A stretch of 60,003 bases of DNA from a bacterium (GTDB lineage: Bacteria > Patescibacteriota > Dojkabacteria > JAKAPS01 > JAJZLI01): the NCBI GenBank assembly GCA_021846685.1, contig JAJZWL010000006.1:1-60003 (forward strand), given 5' to 3'. The notes under the pieces are model-generated. The model was not told the DNA's origin and ran no database searches. It saw only the letters and a program-made list of their open reading frames with translations. Positions within the stretch are counted from its first letter, which is position 1. Each line of letters opens with the position of its first letter. Below, piece after piece: positions 8,142-17,515 of this stretch. The translations under genes were made by a program, and so were the position numbers.

Positions 8142-9272
8142 ATGACAGAAGAATTGCCTATTTCTGATACAAATACTAATAACTTATCTCCAGATAATAA
8201 CTCTATTGATTTACCTAAAATAGAATTTGATACATTAAAAAAAGCAGAGACACATAGAAGAGAGTTTTCCGATAGTTTTATTGATTTAGTTCTTGGGGAA
8301 GATATATTCTTTTTAAAAAATTATTTAGATAAAGTACCTCCTACTATTGATGATCAGCAAGTTATAAAATCCCCTATCGATATTGCAAAATTATATGCTG
8401 AAACAACGCAGATGCTTCTAAGAAATCTCCATATAAGTTTATTGAAACATACAGATCCAAAAGAGAATTTTCGATATAAAAGACTTCTAAGAGATGCACA
8501 ACAGGAATTTACAGAAAGAATAAATAGCCAAATTGACCCTGTTTCAAGAGAAATTGTAGATTGGTGTGAAGATAATAAATCAAGGGTTTTTCCTGTAGAA
8601 GCAATTGAGTATCATGGATTTATAATAGATGAAAAAGATATACTTGATTCTCAAGATAACGGGAATAATATTTTAAGGCCAAATATTAAAATTCAACGTC
8701 AGATTGCAGGAACTTTTATTATGGCATATACAGACAAAAGAGTACAAGAAAAATTAATACATAAATCTGAAAAACTAAATAGACGTATATATCTTAATCC
8801 GAAAGCTATATCTACTCCTGGAATATTTGAACAAATTTTACAAATAGCCAATAGAGATAATTTATCTATTCAACTTAAAATGTTTCAACGTACTTCAGAA
8901 TTTGCAAGTGTACATAAAGATTCAAGAGATCTAAGAGGAGATGGAATTGTTATTTATATAGGTGATACAGAAGCAGATAAATTAATTAGTATAATTTTGA
9001 ATATAGCAAAAAATAATCCGGAGGCTTTTATTGGAAGAAGAATATCTAGAGTTCCTCAACCTATTGCAGAAGGTATAGGGATAGGAGATGACCCAAAAGA
9101 ATCAAATCAATCACTGACATCTCATAGAGCAATTTTATTAGCACAAGTAATAGATTCTGTTCTAAGATCTGGAAAAACTGGTATGGAGGCAAGAGAATTA
9201 TTTAGAAATACGTATAGTACAATAGCTAAGAATAATGGAGTAAATCCAAATAATTTGGCTTTTAATATCTAA
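8142..9272 (+). CDS. Hypothetical protein (orphan, 376 aa)
   Basis: A long ORF with typical codon usage, flanked by 372-nt and 316-nt non-coding stretches. I could not assign a catalytic motif by eye. The C-terminal half contains RIYLNPKA, LKMFQR and RGDGIVIYIGD. Confidence 0.6.
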   Translation: MTEELPISDTNTNNLSPDNNSIDLPKIEFDTLKKAETHRREFSDSFIDLVLGEDIFFLKNYLDKVPPTIDDQQVIKSPIDIAKLYAETTQMLLRNLHISLLKHTDPKENFRYKRLLRDAQQEFTERINSQIDPVSREIVDWCEDNKSRVFPVEAIEYHGFIIDEKDILDSQDNGNNILRPNIKIQRQIAGTFIMAYTDKRVQEKLIHKSEKLNRRIYLNPKAISTPGIFEQILQIANRDNLSIQLKMFQRTSEFASVHKDSRDLRGDGIVIYIGDTEADKLISIILNIAKNNPEAFIGRRISRVPQPIAEGIGIGDDPKESNQSLTSHRAILLAQVIDSVLRSGKTGMEARELFRNTYSTIAKNNGVNPNNLAFNI

Positions 9273-9588
9273 TAACATCAAAATATTTTAAACTTATATG
9301 AAAGAGAAAATTTTATTAGTTACTACAAATAAATCAAAAATTCGACATTATTAAAATAAACAAGATAAAAACCTATGCTTAGAGTGCTAGTTATATTACT
9401 AGTGGACATAATATAACATGTTTTTCTACTGACTTGGTGTAAATCTTTAAATTGTATCTTCATTTAATTCAATTCTATTTGGTTCATAAACCAAATTCAT
9501 TGCTCCACTGAATATAATCTTGTATCAGCCAATATGATCTTCTTTGAGTATATATATCTTCACCACATCAGCCTAATATTCACTTGAT

Positions 9589-9921
9589 CTATTCAATAAG
9601 TCGACAAATATTATAAGGTATCATATAATCACTTGATATATTATTATCTATCCATGTTGGAATGTTATTCATATCATTGGTTTGATTTATTTTTTCTTGA
9701 TTAATCTGATCATTTGCAATTCCAAAAGATTCAAAAATAACATCCATTTTAACCTGTTTAGATAATAAAGCAGAAGTTATATCTTCATTACTCCTATTAT
9801 TTTTTATAGATAGCCTTATTGAATTAACAACGTCATTTATAGACTCTGGGTTAAATTTTTCTTTCTCACCTTCATTCATATTAGGGACACGAATAGGTAG
9901 CATTATTCTACTAGTATCCAA
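9589..9921 (-). CDS. Hypothetical protein (110 aa)
   Basis: This is the only long ORF in its region. It has no recognisable motif, so coding status is uncertain. Confidence 0.35.
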   Translation of the reverse strand: MDTSRIMLPIRVPNMNEGEKEKFNPESINDVVNSIRLSIKNNRSNEDITSALLSKQVKMDVIFESFGIANDQINQEKINQTNDMNNIPTWIDNNISSDYMIPYNICRLIE

Positions 9922-10061
9922 TAATTATATCTACTTTTGTCTTTAGAGATTTTACTCCTTAGAGACTATTAGAATTAATTATATAAAAGAAAATATTTTT
10001 GAACTATTTTAATCTTATAAATTGTTGAATAAATAGCTGAAATATTATAATATATTAATAT

Positions 10062-10610
10062 ATGAAAGATTTAAAAAACACAGCACTATTAGTTATGGAT
10101 CTTCAGCAGGGGATTATTGATAGGTTAGATAACAAAGATGAATATTTGGAAAAAGTTAAGAATACCATTTCTGTGGCACATGAAAATAACATACCAGTAA
10201 TATTTGTAGTTGTGGGATTCAGAGAAGGTTTCCCTGAAATTAGTACAAACAATAAAGCATTTAATACTATAAAGGAAAATTTATCAAACACTATGATAAA
10301 TCCTACACCTGTTATTGAATTGACTAATAAAGATTTGTTAGTAACCAAGCATAGATTTAGTGCTTTCAGTGGTAGTGATTTGGAAATTCTTTTACGATCT
10401 GGGAATATTACTCACCTTGTCTTAGCAGGGATATCTACTAGTGGTGTAGTACTATCAACCACTAGAGAGGCTGCAGATAAAGATTTTAAAATTACGATAC
10501 TCTCTGATCTTTGTTACGATTTTGATAAAGATGTACATACGATTTTGATAAATAAAGTTTTTCCAAGGCAAGCTAATGTTATCACTAGTGAAGAATGGAA
10601 ACTATCATAA
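10062..10610 (+). CDS. Isochorismatase-family cysteine hydrolase (paralog 2)
   Basis: LLVMDLQQGII, VTKHRFSAFSGSDLE and LAGISTSGVVLSTTREAADKDF. It is a paralog of 7206-7769. Confidence 0.85.
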   Translation: MKDLKNTALLVMDLQQGIIDRLDNKDEYLEKVKNTISVAHENNIPVIFVVVGFREGFPEISTNNKAFNTIKENLSNTMINPTPVIELTNKDLLVTKHRFSAFSGSDLEILLRSGNITHLVLAGISTSGVVLSTTREAADKDFKITILSDLCYDFDKDVHTILINKVFPRQANVITSEEWKLS

Positions 10611-10667
10611 TATAAATTATTCTCTATTTTATTAATTTATAAATATAATAATACTAGTCTTATTTAT

Positions 10668-11510
10668 ATGTTTGAAGGACGAAAACTAGCATTAGCAACA
10701 ATGCACCAAAAAGAAAAAGTAATTACTCCCATATTAGAAAATGAATTAAAAGTTAAAATTGTTGTCCCAGATAACTTTAATAGTGATCTCTTTGGGACGT
10801 TTACAAGAGATATAAAGCGTATAGGGACTCAACAGGAAGCAGCTAGGAAAAAAGCAATAGCTGCAATGGATATACTTGGGTATGACTTAGGAGTTGCAAG
10901 TGAAGGAAGTTTTGGAGAAGATCCTTCTATTCCATTTGTACAATCAAACTTAGAATTGGTTTTACTTATTGATAAAAAAAATAATTTAGAAATTAGCGGG
11001 TATGCACATTCTTCAAAATTAAAAATGGAGGGATTATATGTTAATAGTATTGATGACGTTATGACATATGCTAAAAAATGGGGATTTCCTCAATATGGAA
11101 TTATTCTTAGATCAAATAAAAATGGAAAAAACAGAATATATAAAGATTTATATACAGAGAATGACTTGATAATTACAGCAAAAAAATTATTTTCAAGACC
11201 CTTTACTAAAAAAATTTTTATTGAGATGGATATGCGAGCCCATAGAAATCCTACAAGAATGGAAGTTATAAAACAAGCTACAATTGATTTGATAAAAAAC
11301 ATTAAATCAACTTGTCCAAAATGTGCAACACCGGGTTTTGTTATAACATCTATAGAAAAGGGACTAATTTGTAAGCAATGCTCTTTACCAACAGATTTAC
11401 CAAAATATGAAATATATACTTGTGTAAAATGTAAATATTCACAAAAAAAATTAGTGACTCAATATGGGAAATTAGCTAATCCAAGATACTGTAGTCAGTG
11501 TAATCCATAG
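10668..11510 (+). CDS. Conserved hypothetical protein with two C-terminal CxxC...CxxC zinc-ribbon motifs
   Basis: 280 aa. The C-terminus carries CPKC-x16-CKQC and CVKC-x18-CSQC. The N-terminal domain (ATMHQKEKVI...GTFTRD...ASEGSFG) is not assignable by eye. Confidence 0.55.
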   Translation: MFEGRKLALATMHQKEKVITPILENELKVKIVVPDNFNSDLFGTFTRDIKRIGTQQEAARKKAIAAMDILGYDLGVASEGSFGEDPSIPFVQSNLELVLLIDKKNNLEISGYAHSSKLKMEGLYVNSIDDVMTYAKKWGFPQYGIILRSNKNGKNRIYKDLYTENDLIITAKKLFSRPFTKKIFIEMDMRAHRNPTRMEVIKQATIDLIKNIKSTCPKCATPGFVITSIEKGLICKQCSLPTDLPKYEIYTCVKCKYSQKKLVTQYGKLANPRYCSQCNP

Positions 11511-11584
11511 ATATATAATTAACTTTTCATATATTTAAATTATATTTTGAAACAAATTATAATTTTTAGGTGTATAATGTATAT

Positions 11585-12979
11585 ATGCGTATTAAAATTA
11601 AATATATTATTCTTTGTGTTCTATTATTTTTTGGAGGTATATTTTTTATATATTTTAATAATATATTTAATTTAAGATACTTTCCTAATAATAACGCACT
11701 TATAATATATCCCAATCATGTTATACAACAAGGAATGAATAGTGGGAAAAATAATGTTTTTGGAAATGGATATATAAATAAAAGTTTTAAATTTAATTCG
11801 AAGTCTTCAATTGTAAGTACTCCTACTATCATGAATGGTGTAGCTTATTTTGGGGCAAATAATGACTATGTTTATGCTATATCAGATTTAACTGGAAAAC
11901 TTATATGGAAATATAAAACAGATAATCAAGTAATGACACAACCAATAATTGCAAATGGTATGTTATATGTTGGTTCAGGTAATAATTTTTTTCAAAAAGG
12001 TAATGTAGTAAGAGGAACAGGACAAAATGCTATATATGCATTATCTCTGTCAACAGGAAAATTCATTTGGAAGTACAATACTTCAGGAGAAAATATGTCA
12101 TCATTTGTATATAAAAAGAATACTATTTATGAAGCTAATGGGAACAGTAAATTTTATGCTATTAATGCAAAAAATGGCCATATGAATTGGAAAACAAGTT
12201 TTAAAGGAATAGATTCTATGTCTTCTTTAAATCTATCTGGAAATTTTGTATATTTTGGATCTGGAAATATAGATACTACTCAGTACATTAATTCTATTAA
12301 TATAAAAATACATAAATTGCAATGGTCTAAACCTCTGCCTATGTCTTTTGGAGGTGTTACTGATAATTCTCCTTCTTCTAATTCAAAATATGTTGTTATA
12401 GAAGGTTTAGCTTTAACATCTACTGTAAATAAATTTAATCAAGTTGTGTATGTTCTAAATAAGAGAACTGGACAAATACAATGGACATATAAATTAGGAG
12501 TTGGAATTCGACCTAGAAATATGGAAACAGCAAATTCAATAATTGTAGGGAATAATTTATATACTGGAAATACTGTAGGTAATGGACGATTTTACTCTTT
12601 TAATATAAATACAGGAAAAATGAATTGGTATGTAAAATTATATGGAGATCAAAAAAGTGCGGCTGTACTACAAAATGGAATACTGTATTTAGCTGATTCT
12701 TATTCAAATTTTTATTCTATTAAAGCTTCAAATGGAATAGTATTAGGTATACATAAATTTATATCAACAGAAAAAATGAATGCTTTTACTGCTTCAAATC
12801 CTACATTAGTAGATAATGAAATATATATAGGAAATCTTAATGGTTATTTATATGCTTTTCCTATAAATTATCTTTATCAATATAATTTTCAACTATATAA
12901 ATACTATACATGGTATGCTATAGGAAATATATTTGGAGGAAGAATAGATTTTCAATCCTTTATTAAAAATATTATCTAG
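11585..12979 (+). CDS. Membrane-anchored PQQ-like (BamB-type) beta-propeller repeat protein
   Basis: An N-terminal TM helix is followed by recurrent blade motifs (YVYAISDLTGKLIWKYKT, IYALSLSTGKFIWKYNT, FYAINAKNGHMNWKT, FYSFNINTGKMNWYV). I moved the start to the ATG at 11585; the track ORF begins at a GTG at 11570. Confidence 0.75.
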   Translation: MRIKIKYIILCVLLFFGGIFFIYFNNIFNLRYFPNNNALIIYPNHVIQQGMNSGKNNVFGNGYINKSFKFNSKSSIVSTPTIMNGVAYFGANNDYVYAISDLTGKLIWKYKTDNQVMTQPIIANGMLYVGSGNNFFQKGNVVRGTGQNAIYALSLSTGKFIWKYNTSGENMSSFVYKKNTIYEANGNSKFYAINAKNGHMNWKTSFKGIDSMSSLNLSGNFVYFGSGNIDTTQYINSINIKIHKLQWSKPLPMSFGGVTDNSPSSNSKYVVIEGLALTSTVNKFNQVVYVLNKRTGQIQWTYKLGVGIRPRNMETANSIIVGNNLYTGNTVGNGRFYSFNINTGKMNWYVKLYGDQKSAAVLQNGILYLADSYSNFYSIKASNGIVLGIHKFISTEKMNAFTASNPTLVDNEIYIGNLNGYLYAFPINYLYQYNFQLYKYYTWYAIGNIFGGRIDFQSFIKNII

Positions 12980-12981
12980 AA

Positions 12982-14007
12982 CTATTTTACAAAAGCAGGA
13001 GATTCCATAGGTGTAGATAAAGCAACCCCTGATGGATCATTAAGCATGTTTGGGCCAATACCTGCTTGTCCAGTAATTCCGTATTGCCATACTATTTTTT
13101 TAGTTTTAGGATTCAAAACAAAAACTCTATCATTATGATCATCAACTATTAGATAATTTCCATTAGGTAGTAATTGTGCGGAAGAAGGATGATTTAGAGT
13201 ATTTGCACCCTGTGGTTGATATGTCCATATTGCTTTTCCTGCTTTTGTAATTACTTGTATTTTACCAGGATTTACCCAATCTGTTGATAAAATATTCCCA
13301 TTTGGAAGAGTTACTGCATCTGAAGGATAAAATTCTGGTATATTTACTATCCAATTTATAGCTTGAGTCTTTAAACTTACATCAATTGCTGAATGATTTG
13401 CAACATCTGTTATCAAGACACTTTGACCAGGAAGAGGCATTGCATCATCTGGAGCAGCTAAATATCCAGGTTTTGTACTTACAACTCCCGTGTGACCATA
13501 TTGCCATACTATTTGACCAGCTTTATTAACCTCAATTACTCGCATATTACCTGCATCTGTTATAAGTGTATTCCCATTTGGTAATTTAAAAGAATCATCT
13601 AAATATTTACCTAGATATCCTGCTGTATACCCATGAGTACCTAAATGACCATAACTCCATACTATTTGCTTTGTCTTAGTATTTATTTCAATAACCCTGC
13701 TATAATTTTCTTGATTAACAATTAATCTGTTTTTAGTATATACTTGAACATCATCAGGATCTTGTATCCCTGTCATTTGCCAAATAATCTTCTTTTGAGG
13801 ATTAACTTCTATAATTCTATTATTTTTAGAATCACAAATATATATATTTTGTCCCAAAGGACCGTTGTTTACTGCGACTTTTGCCTTTATTTTCTTTTTT
13901 ATTATCTTTGGAGAAACTTTTTTATTATGGATATTCTTAAAAAAAATACCTATAGCTAAAATTAGTAATAATATAATAATAATTATTATTGCTTTTTTAT
14001 TTTTCAT
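12982..14007 (-). CDS. Membrane-anchored beta-propeller protein (tandem paralog A)
   Basis: An N-terminal TM anchor is followed by about 6 repeats of the type NNRIIEVNPQKKIIWQ, RVIEVNKAGQIVWQYGH and DRVFVLNPKTKKIVWQYG. It is roughly 80-85% identical by eye to 14353-15396. I chose the ATG at 14007; the track ORF starts at a TTG at 14022. Confidence 0.7.
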   Translation of the reverse strand: MKNKKAIIIIIILLLILAIGIFFKNIHNKKVSPKIIKKKIKAKVAVNNGPLGQNIYICDSKNNRIIEVNPQKKIIWQMTGIQDPDDVQVYTKNRLIVNQENYSRVIEINTKTKQIVWSYGHLGTHGYTAGYLGKYLDDSFKLPNGNTLITDAGNMRVIEVNKAGQIVWQYGHTGVVSTKPGYLAAPDDAMPLPGQSVLITDVANHSAIDVSLKTQAINWIVNIPEFYPSDAVTLPNGNILSTDWVNPGKIQVITKAGKAIWTYQPQGANTLNHPSSAQLLPNGNYLIVDDHNDRVFVLNPKTKKIVWQYGITGQAGIGPNMLNDPSGVALSTPMESPAFVK

Positions 14008-14188
14008 TTTTTTATAATACAAAATATGGTCCTCATTATCACATACAAGACAATTAAAATCCAGTAAAATATAAATTTAATCAGTTCATAATCTATTATT
14101 TATTATTATATAGATTATTTTGTTCTGAATTATTTGAATTTTCAATAAAGATCTTGAAATAATATACTTAATTGTATTTCTAATGAGG

Positions 14189-14214
14189 AAAAACAATTAT
14201 TTCTTAAGAAATAA
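14189..14214 (-). terminator. Candidate intrinsic terminator between the tandem propeller paralogs
   Basis: An 18-nt perfect palindrome, ttatttcttaagaaataa (14197-14214), is followed on the minus strand by TTGTTTTT. It lies about 140 nt downstream of the stop of 14353-15396. Confidence 0.4.
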
Positions 14215-14352
14215 TAATCTTATCCTTATTTTCTAAATTCAACAATGCTTTGCTTTCTTATAATTACTCATATATTATACCCTTGCAGACTAAAAGTTTT
14301 AGATTAAAACAAGATGAATTTGTAATTATTTATGATATTAAATCAATAAAAT

Positions 14353-15396
14353 TTAATATGCAGGAGACTGCATTGGAGTAGATAAAGCAACTCCTGACGG
14401 ATCATTAAGCATATTTGGTCCAATACCTGCTTGTCCGGTAATTCCATATTGCCATACTATTTTTTTAGTTTTAGGATTTAATACAAAAACTCTATCATTG
14501 TGATCATCAACTATTAGATAATTGCCATTTGGTAAAAGTTGGGTTGAAGAAGGATGATTTAAAGTATTTACACCTTGTGGCTGATATGTCCAGACAACCT
14601 GACCTGCTTTAGTAATTTCTTGTATTTTCCCAGGATTTACCCAATCTGTTGATAAAATATTTCCATTAGGTAGAGGAACTGCATCAGAAGGGTATAATTG
14701 CGGAATATTTATTTGCCATAATATTTTATTATTAGAAGGATTTACATCTATAGCTGTATGATTTCCAATATTTGTTATTAGTATACTTCCTCCAGGAAGA
14801 GGCATTGCATCATTTGGAGCATTTAAATATCCAGGCTGATTACTTCTAACACCAGTATGACCATATTGCCATACTATTTGACCAGCTCTATTAACTTGGA
14901 TTACCCTCATGTTAACATCATCAGTTATAAGAGTATTTCCACTAGGTAATCTGAAAGAATCATCTACATATTTACCAAGATATCCTGCTGTGTACCCTGG
15001 AATGCCTAAATGACCATAACTCCATACTATTTGCTTTGTCTTAGTATTTATCTCAACAACCTTACTATAATCCTCTTGATTAACAATTAATCTATTTTTG
15101 GCGTATACTTGAACATCATCAGGATCTTTTATTCCTGTCATTTGCCAAATAATCTTCTTTTGAGGATTAACTTCTATAATTCTATTATTTTTAGAATCAC
15201 AAATATATATGTTTTGTCCTAAAGGTCCATTGTTTATTGCAACTTTTGCCTTTATTTTCTTTACTACCTTAACAACCTTTTTATTGCTTATTTTAGTAGG
15301 TATTTTTTTATAATGATTATATAGGTATATGGATATCAATAAAACAAATATTAAAATTACAATAATTAAAATTGATTTCTTTGTTTTCAATTTCAT
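14353..15396 (-). CDS. Membrane-anchored beta-propeller protein (tandem paralog B)
   Basis: Same architecture as 12982-14007. The last ~55 residues and the first propeller blade are nearly identical between the two copies. Confidence 0.7.
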   Translation of the reverse strand: MKLKTKKSILIIVILIFVLLISIYLYNHYKKIPTKISNKKVVKVVKKIKAKVAINNGPLGQNIYICDSKNNRIIEVNPQKKIIWQMTGIKDPDDVQVYAKNRLIVNQEDYSKVVEINTKTKQIVWSYGHLGIPGYTAGYLGKYVDDSFRLPSGNTLITDDVNMRVIQVNRAGQIVWQYGHTGVRSNQPGYLNAPNDAMPLPGGSILITNIGNHTAIDVNPSNNKILWQINIPQLYPSDAVPLPNGNILSTDWVNPGKIQEITKAGQVVWTYQPQGVNTLNHPSSTQLLPNGNYLIVDDHNDRVFVLNPKTKKIVWQYGITGQAGIGPNMLNDPSGVALSTPMQSPAY

Positions 15397-15477
15397 AAAA
15401 TTATGTTATAACAATTTATATATATATTTAGATATTACCACATATAGAACATCTATTAAATCTATTGCCAATTTATT

Positions 15478-16458
15478 ATGAAAAAAAAGATTACAATACT
15501 ATTGGTTATATTCGCTCTTATAATTGTTTTTTATAGTTATACTCAAATACATAGCACAAAAATTAATAAAACTAAAAATATTAGTATCAAAAAGTTAACA
15601 AAAACTAATCTAAATACTATAGCTTATTTCACAGGATTAAATTATTTATATAGTATCAATATAGAAAGTAAAATAAAAAATACAGTAAGTGGTTATTTAG
15701 GACCAGGAAAAGCTGCAGATTCAGTAATAAAAATTAAAAATAATGAATATGCTATCTCTAATGAAAGCAGCCAAATTAATATATGTAAAACAGGAAAGTG
15801 CTCTCAAGGAAATTTCGTATCTATCATTAAAGGATATACACAGAATGGAATTTTTTATAACTTTCAAGGAGTAGGGGATCTTGCTTTTTATAAAGGTTAT
15901 TTATATGCAACTGATGTAATAAGAGGAGTTATTGTAAAAATAAACATTCAAAATTTTTCTGCAAGTGCTATAGTAACAGGACTAACTAATCCTCATGGGA
16001 TATATTTTTATAACAATAATCTATATATCAATTTAGAGTATTACATTTATCAAAATAATAAATGTTCTTTAATTAAAGTAAACCCTATAAACTGGAATGT
16101 TTCAGGTTGTGTTACACAAATTGGTGGATATGCAGATGGAGTAGCTGGTTATCAAAATAAACTATATGTAGTAAGAGATTATTACCAATCTTCAGGAATG
16201 TACAATGCAAGTGTATACTTGGTAAATTTACAGACGCTTAAATATACAAATTTAATAAATGTTAATAATCAATATATAGATGGAATAGGGTACAACTCTA
16301 AATCAGTATTGGCAGTATTTAGAAGTGCAAATCCTGATAGTATAGGGACAAAACATTATAATCATATACCAGGGCTATATAATATATCAAATGGAATTCC
16401 TACTTTATTAGTTTCCGGAACGTTTGACGGTGTATATTTCCCAGCTCACATTAAATAA
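15478..16458 (+). CDS. Membrane-anchored putative beta-propeller/NHL-like surface protein
   Basis: An N-terminal TM anchor is followed by repeated Y/G-rich strand motifs (GYLYATDVIRGVIVKI, GLTNPHGIYFYNNNLYI, NKLYVVRDYY). The fold call is tentative. Confidence 0.5.
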   Translation: MKKKITILLVIFALIIVFYSYTQIHSTKINKTKNISIKKLTKTNLNTIAYFTGLNYLYSINIESKIKNTVSGYLGPGKAADSVIKIKNNEYAISNESSQINICKTGKCSQGNFVSIIKGYTQNGIFYNFQGVGDLAFYKGYLYATDVIRGVIVKINIQNFSASAIVTGLTNPHGIYFYNNNLYINLEYYIYQNNKCSLIKVNPINWNVSGCVTQIGGYADGVAGYQNKLYVVRDYYQSSGMYNASVYLVNLQTLKYTNLINVNNQYIDGIGYNSKSVLAVFRSANPDSIGTKHYNHIPGLYNISNGIPTLLVSGTFDGVYFPAHIK

Positions 16459-16479
16459 TAAATAATCTAATTGATTATT

Positions 16480-17430
16480 TTAAAAACTTTTACTGGATAA
16501 AAGATTTCTCACTTCTTCGATAGAGTTTGTATCCATTAATTCTATTCGTAATGCAGATGCTCCTTCCCAATTATTAACATATATTTTAAAAAATTTTTTA
16601 AGTATTTGAAAAGATTTATAGTCACCTTCTTTTTCATATCTATCTAAGTGGAAAAGAAGTATATTTATCATTTCTAAAGGAGAATGCTCTTTTACATTAG
16701 GATCAAAAATAAAAATATCCTTAAATATTCCTCTTCCTATCATTACTCCATCAACCCCAGTTTTCGAAGATAATTCAATACCTTCAGCATATGTAGATAC
16801 ATCTCCATTTCCAATAATTAAAGTTTTCGAAGATAATTTATTACGAAGTTGTACTACTTTTGAAATTTCTTCCCATCTGGCAGGAACTTTACTCATTTCT
16901 CTTACTGTACGAGCATGAATACTAATAGCTGATAATTCTTGCTTTAAAAGAAAACTAAACCAGTCTTCTGTTATAAGATGATCTATTCCTAATCTAGTTT
17001 TGACACTTACTGGAAGATTTCCAGCTCCTTTTTTAGTAGCATTTATAATATCTGCCACTTCTGAATATTGCCCAATTAATCCACCACAAAAACCACGTGC
17101 TACAATACCTTTTTCTGGACATCCCATATTAATATCAATTCCATCAAACCCCATCTGAGCTATATCTTTGGCAGCTTTATAATAAAAATCTAAATTTCTA
17201 CCCCATATTTGAGCTACTAATGGAATATTACTATTCTTATTACGATGAAGCCTTCTTATAACACGCTCTCTTCCTGGAGAAGATAACCCCTCTATTGAAA
17301 CAAATTCAGTAAAAAAAACATCAGGAGGAGATACTTTTTCAACTACATCACGGAAAACAATATCTGTTACGTCATCCATTGGAGCAAGAACAAAAAAAGG
17401 CTTTTTTAAATTAGTCCAAAAATTTAACAT
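16480..17430 (-). CDS. tRNA-dihydrouridine synthase
   Basis: LAPMDDVTDIVFR, the catalytic-Cys loop DINMGCP, VSVKTRLG, the IHARTV region and GNGD are Dus family motifs. Confidence 0.9.
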   Translation of the reverse strand: MLNFWTNLKKPFFVLAPMDDVTDIVFRDVVEKVSPPDVFFTEFVSIEGLSSPGRERVIRRLHRNKNSNIPLVAQIWGRNLDFYYKAAKDIAQMGFDGIDINMGCPEKGIVARGFCGGLIGQYSEVADIINATKKGAGNLPVSVKTRLGIDHLITEDWFSFLLKQELSAISIHARTVREMSKVPARWEEISKVVQLRNKLSSKTLIIGNGDVSTYAEGIELSSKTGVDGVMIGRGIFKDIFIFDPNVKEHSPLEMINILLFHLDRYEKEGDYKSFQILKKFFKIYVNNWEGASALRIELMDTNSIEEVRNLLSSKSF

Positions 17431-17515
17431 AATTTCATTATTATATTTTAGAATTTAATAATCTTGTATATATAGAATTAAATATAAAACTAATGATATA
17501 TAGCATTAGTTCGGC

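Noticed and set aside
9273-9588. The spacer downstream of the orphan gene might hold a decayed toxin-like ORF on the minus strand (a short frame encoding ...MNLVYEPNRIELNEDTI).
   Set aside because: Only a ~17-codon fragment is open, and its resemblance to RelE-type C-termini is too weak to support a pseudogene call without a tblastx search.
15481-15488. An A8 homopolymer directly after the ATG of the surface protein gene could be a phase-variation tract.
   Set aside because: Runs of 8 A or T are frequent throughout this genome, including inside housekeeping genes (for example in the dus gene near 17311). The run is also simply consecutive Lys codons (AAA AAA AAG), so there is no evidence of length variation.
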